A stretch of 64,000 bases of DNA, from contig NW_027362764.1 of the NCBI RefSeq assembly GCF_046119375.1, positions 48,174,001-48,238,000 of the forward strand, written 5' to 3'. Made by a program: the position numbers and the translations under genes. Under the pieces are notes generated by a model. That model saw only the letters and a program-made list of their open reading frames with translations. It was not told the origin of the DNA and searched no databases. Positions 34,801 through 44,444 of the stretch are shown piece by piece; within the stretch, counting starts at the first letter, position 1, and each line of letters begins with the position of its first letter. The DNA comes from Phyllobates terribilis (Eukaryota).

Positions 34801-34999
34801 TTAACCAGGGTAACCCCAATATTACTGGAGAAGGCAAATTATCCAATACCACCAAATCCAAATTTTCTTGGTGAATACCATTAATAGTGAGGGGAAATTC
34901 ACAGACCTTATGAGTAACACTCTTCAAGGGAGAGCCATCAACAGAAACCACAGCAATAGGGGATGACAAAGTTTTAGGTTCTAATCTAAGTTTTTCCAA
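31877..34999 (-). CDS. pol: Gypsy-2 pol: protease C-half, RT, RNase H, integrase, chromodomain (open for 1040 codons)
   Basis: Motifs YLDD, VDAS, TDHKNL, HLAMDF, SDRGPQF, GPF and the chromodomain YEISRIL..YLVAWKGFGREDNSW. Confidence 0.95.
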   Translation of the reverse strand: MEKLRLEPKTLSSPIAVVSVDGSPLKSVTHKVCEFPLTINGIHQENLDLVVLDNLPSPVILGLPWLKLHNPVLDWSTNEIKSWSPKCYDKCCNGRIAAVDRGELPVPIQDFWRVFSEEESQILPPHRDYDCTIEFVPGATLPKSRLFNLTIPERKALEEYIQTSLAAGHIRPSKSPVAVGFFFVKKKDGGLRPCLDFREINKITVRNPYPLPLIPDLFNQLVGAKWFSKIDLRGAYNLLRMKEGDEWKTAFNTPVGHFENLVMPFGLTNAPAFFQNLINDILRPLIGKNVVVYLDDILIYSPDLESHWRSVREVLQLLMDNSLFAKLEKCEFAVQRISFLGYIISSEGFEMDPVKVQAVQEWPRPIGLKSIQRFLGFANYYRKFIKFFSIIVKPLTDLTRKGANAVQWTSEAIEAFVFLKERFSSAPILMQPDVTKPFLVEVDASSVGVGAVWSQENKDGVHPCAFFSKKFSETELNYDIGNWELLAIKLAFEHWRHLLERAEFPIQVFTDHKNLIYLDAAKCLNARQARWVLFFSRFNFSVTYIPGTKNVKADALSRSFSPMVGVEEEEESILQEGVVIAALDSVLEDEILKAQENAPSNTPHGRLFVPRTFRRDLFVECHESRLAGHPGISETKRLVGRSFWWPGWQKEVIKWVRQCTVCARSKYSHAPAAGLLCPLEVPSAPWTHLAMDFITDLPPSEGFTVIWVVVDRFSKMCHLVPFIKLPCAKTLAKAFVKEIVRLHGVPTDIVSDRGPQFVARFWRAFCDRLGVHLSFSSGYHPESNGQTERKNQDVEQFLRCFVADNQEGWSEFLPLAEFALNNHTSSSAGCSPFFCCSGRNPSFGSFSKLVSAVPEEESFSGDLERVWTDVRGNLQEANKKSKRYFDRKRQEVLFAVGDMVWLSSKNLRLRIPSKKLGPKFVGPFKVLQIVNQSAVRLEVPTSWKINPVFHVSLLKKSDVSDGDASATVPPVVEDGEYEISRILNSRRYRGSLQYLVAWKGFGREDNSWVRADDVSASRLVRAFHRRFPGKPGPRGSGGSS

Positions 35000-35958
35000 G
35001 AATCCCCCATCAATCCCCCATCAATCACATTCAGAGTAGAACCACAATCCACAAATACCCGAAATTCAATTAATTCATCCTGAGCAGCAGTAGTGGCAGA
35101 TAGGAATACTCCCTTAGAATTTAAACAGGCAATACGGGCATAACTGACCATTTTTTTTTCTTTCTTCAAACGAAGCACACAGTTCTTAATAAAATGACCA
35201 GAATTTCCGCAATAGAAGCACAAGCCTTCAGAAAGCCTGCGGTCTTTTTCCTGAGAGCGGGGTGGCATCGCCCCAATCTCCATCGGCTCTCCATTGTCAG
35301 CACAGACCCTCTCAAGACTCGGAGCTGACATAGCAGAGGATTTGCTCTCATTAACCCTTGCACGCAGTCTCCTGTCCACCCGTATAGCTAATTGCATAGC
35401 CTCCTGCAAGTTTCCAGGTGTGGGATAAGCAATCAGTAAATCCTTAACCCTTTCACCTAGCCCTGCAAGAAACAAGCTTTTCAAAGCTGAATCGTTCCAC
35501 CCCACCTGGGCAGACCACCGACGGAAGTGAGAACAATATTTTTCCACATTACCTGATCCCTGCCTCAAACGTCTCAATTCAGACTCAGCAGATGAGACAC
35601 GATCAGGATCATCATACAACAAACCCAAAGCAGAAAAAAAACTATCCACTGATCTAAAGCACGGATCACTAGGTTGGAGAGAGAAGGCCCATCCCTGAGG
35701 ATCTTTGCGCAAAAGTGACATTATGAACCCTATGCGCTGTGATTCATCACCAGAGGATCCAGGTCTCAAATGAAAATACAATAAACAAGCATTTTTAAAA
35801 GAAAAAAAATCTTGTTGTTCGCCAAAAAATAAATCAGGCAGACATACCTTTGGTTCCACAAAATGTGGTCCAGAACAGCTACTCACGTGTTGTTGGAGCT
35901 TGGCCACCTCCAGAGAGAGTCCCTGCAAGCGTTGAGCCAAATCTTGAACCGAGACCAT
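34981..35958 (-). CDS. gag: Gypsy-2 gag plus protease N-half; frame broken by an 11-bp duplication
   Basis: GEPMEIG and CFYCGNSGHFIKNC are followed in frame by FVDCGS. AATCCCCCATC is duplicated at 35001-35022. Confidence 0.92.
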   Translation of the reverse strand: MVSVQDLAQRLQGLSLEVAKLQQHVSSCSGPHFVEPKVCLPDLFFGEQQDFFSFKNACLLYFHLRPGSSGDESQRIGFIMSLLRKDPQGWAFSLQPSDPCFRSVDSFFSALGLLYDDPDRVSSAESELRRLRQGSGNVEKYCSHFRRWSAQVGWNDSALKSLFLAGLGERVKDLLIAYPTPGNLQEAMQLAIRVDRRLRARVNESKSSAMSAPSLERVCADNGEPMEIGAMPPRSQEKDRRLSEGLCFYCGNSGHFIKNCVLRLKKEKKMVSYARIACLNSKGVFLSATTAAQDELIEFRVFVDCGSTLNVIDGGLMGDSWKNLD

Positions 35959-36645
35959 GATGGAAAACTGGAGGTCTTTCCTTAGAGAAATTTTTTTTTT
36001 TTCTTTTAGGGCTGGACTTACTGTTGTGATCTGCTACAGGGACTAAGGAAAGACAGGAGAACTGTCCCTACAATAGAACTAAACTAGATCCCTACGATGT
36101 AACGGGGAACCTGATCCTGCGATCAGACCCGCTAAAGTCCTCGGCTAGTCTGAACGAAGACCTATAGATGTGAAGGAGGGATCCCTACAAGAACTAGGGA
36201 CTGGGATAAGTTGGACACCTCCTAGCAGAAATAGTAGCAGTCAAAGACAAACACACAACAAAAAGCATAGAGGTCAGAAGACCTAGCAAAACTAACAGAG
36301 AACGGCAACAGAGCACCACGCTAGCTCAAGAGTAGTAAATACAATGAAGTCCAGGAGGGCGGAGCCATATTAAATAGGCAAAAATGGCCATGTGACCAGC
36401 AAACTAAAAAAACCCTAACAGGAGAGTTCTAACAGTCAGCTAGTTCAGCGACCCAACTCTGACCCGTTGCATTCAGTTTGGCTGTAGTAAGGACATAGAT
36501 CAAAGGGTTGTTGTAAGTGTATACCTCAAACTTTTTGCTCTAGTAGAGATAATCTCTAAATCGTTCACAGATGACCTATTTCAATGCCAAAAACTCCAAT
36601 TTTCCGGAATGTAGATGGTAATTCTTCTCGGCGTCTGTCAACGTT

Positions 36646-38829
36646 CTAGAATGATTTCCCATTCAGTGAGTACTGGTGACTTCCATTTTTCCTTCCCATA
36701 TGTATGACCTTACATTTCTCCTCGTTAAACCTCATTTGCCATTTAATGCTCCACCTACCCAGCTTATCCAAATCCCTCTGTAGGTCTGCACTGTCCTCTT
36801 TTATATTAATTGTTTTACATAACTTTGTGTCATCTGCAAATATTGATATTTTACTATTTATCCCGTTGACTATGTCGTTAATAAAGATATTAAATAACAT
36901 TGGGCCTAGTACAGACCCCTGTGGTACCCCACTAGTGACGCTTACCCAATCTGAGAATATTCCATTTATAACCACCCTCTGCCTTCTATCCTTTAGCCAG
37001 TTAGCTACCCACTTGCAGACATTTTCCCCCAGCCCCATCATTCTCATTTTGTATACCAATCTATTATGTGGCACGCTATCGAACGCTTTTGAGAAGTCGA
37101 CATACACGACATCCACTGGTTCCCCCTGATCTACTCGAGAGCTAACCTCCTCGTAGAAGTCAATCAGGTTTGTTTGGCAGGAGCGATTCCTCATGAATCC
37201 ATGTTGGTTCGGGGTTAATAGATTATTAGCATCAAGATGCTCCATGATTGCCTCATTAATAAAGCCTTCAAAAATTTTGCCCACAACGGACGTCAGACTC
37301 ACCGGCCGATAGTTTCCGGTGTTACTTTTTGCTCCCTTTTTGAATATTGGCACTACATTCGCCTGTCGCCAATCAAGTGGTACAGACCCAGTCTCAACAG
37401 AGTCCTTAAATATAAGATATAACGGTCTGTCTATCACATTACTTAGTTCCCTTAGTACCCGTGGGTGTATGCCATCAGGTCCTGGTGATTTGTTTATTTT
37501 AATGTTACTGAGGCGTTTCTGTACCCCAGCTTGGGTTAGATTTGTCATACTTAGTGGAGGATTAAGCTTGTCACTTCTCATTTCGCCTGTTAGTTCTTTT
37601 TCCTTTGTGAAAGTTGACGAAAAAAATTTATTTAATAGATTAGCTTTATCCTCATCTTTCTCTATGATTTCGCCTTCATCACTTTTTATCGGTCCAATAT
37701 TATCCGATTTAATCCTTTTACTATTTATATACGTAAAGAACAGTTTGGGATTTGATCTACTTTCCCTAGCAATACGTCTCTCTGTTTCCTCCTTTGCTAT
37801 TTTTATTTGTTTTTTGCAGGTTCTCGTTTTTTCCTTGTAACACATTAGTGCCTCCTTGCTGTTTTCCTGTTTTAATCTCTTGAATGCCTCTTTTTTGCTA
37901 TTTAACGCCCCTTTTACGTTCTTATTCAACCATATTGGTTTCCTCTTATTTCTGGCCCTTTTATTCCCATACGGTATATACCTCTCGCACTGAGTATTCA
38001 GAATTCTTTTGAAGGTTTCCCATTTACTATTCGTATTTCCTTGATTAAGAACTTTGTCCCAGTCTATAAGTTGAAGGTTTTCTTTCAGCTGATCAAACTT
38101 CGCCCTCCTAAAGTTTAATGTTTTAGTTGTTCCCTTATTGATAACCCTACTGAAGGGCATTTTGAAATTGATAATATTATGATCGCTATTACCTAGGTGC
38201 CCCCCTATCTGTACCTCAGTTATTCTATCAGGCCTATTAGTCAATATTAAGTCCAACACTGCCTTCCCTCTCGTTGGTTCCTGCACTAGTTGGGAGAGAT
38301 AATTATCCTTGATATTTGTCAAGAACCTTTTTCCTTTCTGCGATCTACAGGTTTCTGTTTCCCAGTCAATATCCGGGTAGTTGAAGTCCCCCATTACAAT
38401 CACCTCATTATGTTTTGCTACTTTGTCTATTTGTCCTAATAGCAGTTTCTCATTCTCCTCTGTTATATTGGGTGGCTTATAGCAGACCCCCAGTAATATT
38501 TTATTATTATTTTTTGCCCCCTCTATCTCTACCCACATGGACTTGACCCCCTCTTCTCCCTCTCCTATATCTTCCCTTAGTCTGGGCTTTAGACGTGACT
38601 TTACATATAAGCAGACTCCTCCGCCCTTCCCCTGTTTCCGGTCCCTTCTAAATAAACTATAATCTGTTAAATTTACCGCCCAGTCGTAGCTATCGTCTAG
38701 CCAAGTCTCTGTTATACCTATGATGTCATACCTCTCCTCCGATATAAGCGCCCGCAGCTCATCCGCCTTATTGGTCAGGCTTCTTGCGTTGGTCAGCATG
38801 CAAGATAAAACTTTGGGGTTATTTAGCAT
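36646..38829 (-). CDS. CR1-1 ORF2 (APE endonuclease plus RT), 3'-truncated
   Basis: First ATG at 38829 (MLNNPK). Motifs GITETWL, MGDFN, SDH, PQGSVLGP and FADD. The frame ends at YSLNGKSF* where it runs into Gypsy sequence. Confidence 0.93.
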   Translation of the reverse strand: MLNNPKVLSCMLTNARSLTNKADELRALISEERYDIIGITETWLDDSYDWAVNLTDYSLFRRDRKQGKGGGVCLYVKSRLKPRLREDIGEGEEGVKSMWVEIEGAKNNNKILLGVCYKPPNITEENEKLLLGQIDKVAKHNEVIVMGDFNYPDIDWETETCRSQKGKRFLTNIKDNYLSQLVQEPTRGKAVLDLILTNRPDRITEVQIGGHLGNSDHNIINFKMPFSRVINKGTTKTLNFRRAKFDQLKENLQLIDWDKVLNQGNTNSKWETFKRILNTQCERYIPYGNKRARNKRKPIWLNKNVKGALNSKKEAFKRLKQENSKEALMCYKEKTRTCKKQIKIAKEETERRIARESRSNPKLFFTYINSKRIKSDNIGPIKSDEGEIIEKDEDKANLLNKFFSSTFTKEKELTGEMRSDKLNPPLSMTNLTQAGVQKRLSNIKINKSPGPDGIHPRVLRELSNVIDRPLYLIFKDSVETGSVPLDWRQANVVPIFKKGAKSNTGNYRPVSLTSVVGKIFEGFINEAIMEHLDANNLLTPNQHGFMRNRSCQTNLIDFYEEVSSRVDQGEPVDVVYVDFSKAFDSVPHNRLVYKMRMMGLGENVCKWVANWLKDRRQRVVINGIFSDWVSVTSGVPQGSVLGPMLFNIFINDIVNGINSKISIFADDTKLCKTINIKEDSADLQRDLDKLGRWSIKWQMRFNEEKCKVIHMGRKNGSHQYSLNGKSF

Positions 38830-38956
38830 CCTATTCTTCTCTAACGATCTAACTGTACTATCCCCACCCCCCTCTCCACCCTCATTATATTCACTTCTCC
38901 CCTTCCCCCTTGCTTGCCTCACATCCCACCTATTTCCTTGGTTCCCCCCCCCGTCT

Positions 38957-39883
38957 CTAGTTTAAAAACTCCTCCAACCTATTAGCCATCTTCTTCCCCA
39001 GCACCGCTGCACCCTCCCCATTGAGGTGCAGCCCGTCCCTACGGTAGAGCCTGTAGCCGACAGCGAAGTCGACCCAGTTCTCCATGAACCCAAACCCTTC
39101 TGCCTTGCACCAACTCTTTAGCCACTTATTCACCTCCCTAACCTCCCGTTGGCGCTCCTGTGTGGCTCGCGGGATTGGTAGTATTTCTGAGAAAACTACC
39201 TTGGAGGTCCTTGCCCTAAGCTTCCTACCTAGATCCCTGAAATCATTTTTAAGGACCCTCCATCTACCACTCACTTTGTCATTGGTGCCAATGTGGACCA
39301 TGACCGCTGGGTCTTCGCCAGCCCCACCCAGTAACCTGTCAACCCGATCCGCGATGTGCCGGACTCGAGCGCCAGGGAGGCAGCACACCGTTCGGCGATC
39401 CCGGTCTTTGTGACAGATTGCCCTGTCTGTCCCCCTAATAATAGAGTCACCCACTACCAGGACCTGTCTAGCCTGCCCTACACTTCCCCCCTCCCCCTCA
39501 TTACTGGAGCATACACTCCCCCGGCGGTCAGAGGATCTGTCGTGCTCCAATAATGCCGGTTCTGAACCAGCCTTCCTATACTTCTTCCCTCTATCCCTTC
39601 TAACTGTTACCCAGCTCCCTGCCTGTTCAGCCTGCGCTTCCCCACTAAGCTCCACCCCCAGTGTTGACCCATTGAGTGTCTGCTCGGTGAGCAGCAAACT
39701 CCGTTCCATGTTGTCGATGCTCCTCAGTACCGCTATCTGAGCACTTAGATCCAGGATTTGGGCTTCCAAGTGCACGATATGCTCACATCTCTCGCAGCAG
39801 TATGGATCCCTGAGCGGTAGCTCAGGGAATGCATACATTGCGCAAGATGTACACTGCACGGCTCCGGCCAACATGGACGTCAT
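38957..39883 (-). CDS. CR1-1 ORF1 (zinc-finger/leucine-zipper plus SGNH/GDSL esterase), 308 aa
   Basis: ATG at 39883 (MTSMLAGAVQCTSC...CERC). Motifs VVGDSII, HIGTND and DGLHLN. Confidence 0.92.
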   Translation of the reverse strand: MTSMLAGAVQCTSCAMYAFPELPLRDPYCCERCEHIVHLEAQILDLSAQIAVLRSIDNMERSLLLTEQTLNGSTLGVELSGEAQAEQAGSWVTVRRDRGKKYRKAGSEPALLEHDRSSDRRGSVCSSNEGEGGSVGQARQVLVVGDSIIRGTDRAICHKDRDRRTVCCLPGARVRHIADRVDRLLGGAGEDPAVMVHIGTNDKVSGRWRVLKNDFRDLGRKLRARTSKVVFSEILPIPRATQERQREVREVNKWLKSWCKAEGFGFMENWVDFAVGYRLYRRDGLHLNGEGAAVLGKKMANRLEEFLN

Positions 39884-39884
39884 T

Positions 39885-40777
39885 CTAAATATGGGGATAC
39901 AGTCAGTATATATGTACAAGTACAAAACACATTTATATATAGGTGTATGGACGGGGATCAATTAGGGATGTGCAAGTGTATCGATTAGATATCGGCGCGG
40001 GATCAGTTAAGTATGGACGGGGGATCAATTAAGTATCAATTAAGTATGGACGGGGGATCAGCTGAGTGGGTCAGGTGGATTAATTAAGTATGGACGGTGT
40101 GTCAATTAACTATGGACTGGGATCAATAAGTATGAACTGAGGAAATAATTAATTGTGGACTAGGGAATCAATCAATTAATTATGGACAGGGGGTTTAATT
40201 AAATAGGATGGGGGGTAAAGCAAATAAATAGGTATGGACGGTGGGTCAATTAACTAAGGACTGGGGATCAATAAGTATCAATAATATCAATAAATAAGGA
40301 CTGGGAAAATAATTAATTGTAGTCTGGGGAATCAATCAATTAATTATGGACAGGGGTTAATTAAATATGGTGGGGGATAAGGCAAATAGATAGGGACTGG
40401 GGATGAGTAAAAGTGGACAAGGGGAATCTATTAAATAGGACAAGGGGGATCAATCAATTATGGGCTGGGGGGGTCAATCATTTAAATGTGGTCAGGGGGA
40501 TCACTTTAATCACTTTAATATGGACGGGGGGTGGTCGGGGATCAATTAAATGAGGACGGGGGGGTCAATTTAATGTGGTCAGAGGGATCAGTTAAATATG
40601 GACGGGGGTGTTCAGGGGAATCAATTTAAATATGGACGGGGGGGTAATCAATTAAATATGGACTAGGGAATACAATACAATACAATACAATTACAATACA
40701 GATACAAATACAATACAGTACAGTACACACTTCGGTTCAGTAGGGCCGCTTATCGCGGCCTCCTGCCCCTCACTCAC
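39885..40777 (-). other. Candidate spliceosomal intron (893 nt) in the CR1-1 5' UTR
   Basis: Donor GAG|GTGAGT at 40777. Branch-like TACTGAC, then TGTATCCCCATATTTAG|A ATG. Confidence 0.6.
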
Positions 40778-43579
40778 CTCCTCTAGGGACGCTGCACGCT
40801 ATCACAGCGCGCTTGTCCCTCCGGTCGCCTCTTACCGGTCCTCCTGATCACCTCCTGGTCACCACCACCTGGCACCCTCCGCTGGCCGGCACTGCACGCT
40901 GCCACAGCGCTCTCTTGCGCTCGTCCCTCCGGTCGCCTCCTACTGGTCCTCCCGGTCCGCTCGGTCACCTCCGCCTATTCTTGTACATAGGAGCAGTATT
41001 ATAGTAGTTATATTCTTGTACATAGGGAGCAGTATTATAGTAGTTATATTCTTGTACATAGGAGCAGTATTATAGTAGTTATATTCTTGTACATAGGGGG
41101 CAGTATTATAGTAGTTATATTCTTGTACATAGAGGCAGTATTATAGTAGTTATATTCCTGTACATAGGGGGCAGTATTATAGTAGTTATATTCTTGTACA
41201 TAGGGGGCAGTATTATAGTAGTTATATTCTTGTACATAGGAGCAGTATTATAGTAGTTATATTCCTGTACATAGGGGGCAGTATTATAGTAGTTATATTC
41301 TTGTACATAGGAGCAGTATTATAGTAGTTATATTCTTGTACATAGGGAGCAGTATTATAGTAGTTATATTCTTGTACATAGGAGCAGTATTATAGTAGTT
41401 ATATTCTTGAAGATAGGAGCAGTATTATAGTAGTTATATTCTTGAAGATAGGAGCAGTATTATAGTAGTTATATTCTTGTACATAGGGGGCAGTATTATA
41501 GTAGTTATATTCTTGTACATAGAGGCAGTATTATAGTAGTTATATTCCTGTACATAGGGGGCAGTATTATAGTAGTTATATTCTTGTACATAGGGGGCAG
41601 TATTATAGTAGTTATATTCTTGTACATAGGAGCAGTATTATAGTAGTTATATTCTTGTACATAGGAGCAGTATTATAGTAGTTATATTCTTGTACATAGG
41701 GGGCAGTATTATAGTAGTTATATTCTTGTACATAGGAGCAGTATTATAATAGTTATATTCTTGTATATAGGAGCAGTATTATAGTAGTTATATTCTTGTA
41801 CATAGAGGGCAGTATTATAGTAGTTATATTCTTGTACATAGGGGGCAGTATTATAATAGTTATATTCTTGTACATAGGAGCAGTATTATAATAGTTATAT
41901 TCTTGTATATAGGAGCAGTATTATAGTAGTTATATTCTTGTACATAGAGGGCAGTATTATAGTAGTTATATTCTTGTACATAGGGGCAGTATTATAGTAG
42001 TTATATTCTTGTACATAGGGGGCAGTATTATAGTAGTTATATTCTTGTACATAGGGGGCAGTATTATAGTAGTTATATTCTTGTACATAGGGGGCAGTAT
42101 TATAGTAGTTATATTCTTGTACATAGGGGGCAGTATTATAGTAGTTATATTCTTGTACATAGGGTGCAGTATTATAGTAGTTATATTCTTGTACATAGGA
42201 GCAGTATTATAGTAGTTATATTCTTGTACGTAGGGGCAGTATTATAGTAGTTATATTCTTGTACATAGGGGGCAGTATTATAGAAGCTATATGCCTGTAC
42301 ATAGAGGGCAGTATTATAGTAGTTATATTCTTCTACATGGGGGGCAGTATTATAGTAGTTATATTCTTGTACATAGGGGCAGTATTATAGTAGTTATATT
42401 CTTGTACATAGGGGCAGTATTATAGTAGTTATATTATTGTACATAGGAGGCAGTATTATAGAAGTTATATTCCTGTACATAGAGGGCAGTATTATAGTAG
42501 TTATATTCTTGTACATAGGGGGCAGTATTATAGAAGTTATATTCCTGTACATAGGGGGCAGTATTATAGTAGTTATATTCTTGTACGTAGGAGCAGTATT
42601 ATAGTAGTTATATTCTTGTACATAGGGGCAGTATTATAGTAGTTATATTCTTGTACAAAGGGGGCAGTATTATAGTAGTTATATTCTTGTACGTAGGGGC
42701 AGTATTATAGTAGTTATGTTCTTGTACGTAGGGGACAGTACTATAGTAGTTATATTCTTGTATATAGGAGCAGTATTATAGTAGTTATATTCTTGTACAT
42801 AGGAGCAGTATTATAGTAGTTATATTCTTGTACATAGGGGCAGTGTTATAGTAGTTATATTCTTGTACATAGGGGCAGTATTATAGTAGTTATACTCTTG
42901 TACATAGGGGGCAGTATTATATTAGTTATATTCTTGTACATAGGGGCAGTATTATAGTAGTTATATTCTTGTACATAGGAGCAGTACTATAATAGTTATA
43001 TTCTTGTAAATAGGAGCAGTACTATAATAGTTATATTCTTGTACATACGGGGCAGTATTACAGTAGGTATATTCTTGTACATAGGAGCAGTATTATAGTA
43101 GTTATACTCTTGTACATAGGAGCAGTATTATAATAGTTATATTCTTGTATATAGGAGCAGTATTATAGTAGTTATATTCTTGTACATAGGGGCAGTATTA
43201 TAGTAGTTATATTCTTGTACATAGGGGGCAGTATTATAGTAGTTATATTCTTGTACATAGGGGGCAGTATTATAGTAGTTATATTCTTGTACATAGGGGG
43301 CAGTATTATAGTAGTTATATTCTTGTACATAGGGGGCAGTATTATAATAGTTATATTCTTGTACATAGGAGCAGTATTATAGTAGTTATATTCTTGTACA
43401 TAGGAGCAGTATTATAGTAGTTATATTCTTGTACATAGGGGCAGTGTTATAGTAGTTATATTCTTGTACATAGGGGCAGTGTTATAGTAGTTATATTCTT
43501 GTACATAGGGGCAGTGTTATAGTAGTTATATTCTTATACATAGGGTGCAGTATTATAGTAGTTATATTCTTGTACATAG

Positions 43580-44444
43580 TGTAAGGCAGCGCTCGTCATC
43601 ATACTGGGGGTAACTCGCTTCGCTGCGTCAATCAATGCACACGTGCAATGTCTTTACGTTTTTCACACAGTGTTGCAGTTTATTATGGCACTTCATAAAC
43701 CGCTGTTCACACACAGTTCATCTTAGTCCGCCACCGGCAGGTTTACACACATAAACAATTCATGAGCCAAGTGGCACACCGGCCCACTTGCTCCAGGGTA
43801 CAGCTTACGGCAAGGTAATAAAGTAGCAATGTTCATATCACAATGTCCATATAGCACCGGGTATTACCTTTGCCGGGTATAGCTGTCTCAGTCCGTTACT
43901 CTGCCACCACTGTGGCTCTGCGGCTTCCCAGGTAGGGGTCTCCAGCCGTCGTTCCGTCTAAGGCTACTGGTATGTCTCCACTCACATCCAGCCTGCGCCT
44001 TTCAGGACTCTTCCACAAGCCGGCTTTCCCTCAAAGGCCACTGACATCCATGCATCGGATCCAGGCTTGGCCTTTCAGGCTGCCAGGCTTCACTCTCGGC
44101 CTCACTAGGCCTCTCACAAACGGTATCACGGTATCCCACACACATGGGGAACAGGCCTCACGCCTCACACCGAACACACCTGTCTCAAATTAAGCAGGTT
44201 TATATATGCTGTGCACAGACAGCCACATACTGACAGGACCTTGCTGATGTCACAGTCATGTGATCAGTCAGCTGTGTGTATAGGTCCTGTGTGCTGTCCC
44301 AGTCATGTATACAGAGCTTTACTGTGCATGCAGGACCTGGGTGATGTCACAGTCATGTGACCAGTCAGATAAAGGGGAAGGTACATGGTCCGGTAAGCAC
44401 ATCCTGGACCATTTACAGTAATGCTAGCAACCTGCTGCATTACA
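43580..44444 (-). mobile_element. Solo LTR (865 bp) inserted in the satellite
   Basis: TGTAA...TTACA termini with 4-bp TSD ATAG. On the minus strand, TATATAAA is at 44206 and AATAAA at 43684. Confidence 0.88.

Larger units (their letters stand above)
31443..36434 (-). mobile_element. Gypsy-2: full-length chromodomain Gypsy (Tf1/sushi group), 4992 bp, nested in the old Gypsy RNase H
   Basis: 5-bp TSD GTCAG (31438-31442 and 36435-36439). LTRs are 31443-31864 (422 bp) and 36022-36434 (413 bp), and PPT AAGAGGGGGTAC precedes the 3' LTR. Confidence 0.97.
27176..36650 (-). mobile_element. Old, decayed and rearranged non-chromoviral Gypsy element (host of Gypsy-2); 5' part missing
   Basis: RNase H is split around Gypsy-2 (…ATGQSWVAELAD | FNFSMKYRPGK…). 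Also present are an integrase at 30015-31007, a protease-like LWDTGA near 29090, a PPT AAAAAGGAGGGAAGAG at 27985-28000 and a probable 3' LTR. Confidence 0.8.
36651..40975 (-). mobile_element. CR1-1: CR1 LINE with 5' UTR, ORF1 and ORF2; 3' end missing
   Basis: ORF1 esterase, ORF2 APE-RT, and a long 5' UTR ending in a CpG-rich segment that abuts the satellite. Confidence 0.9.

Noticed and set aside
38830-38922. Extended CR1 ORF2 start (MRQARG...) and ORF1 start at 39961
   Set aside because: Both rely on non-ATG starts in low-complexity or UTR sequence; the first ATGs are at 38829 and 39883.
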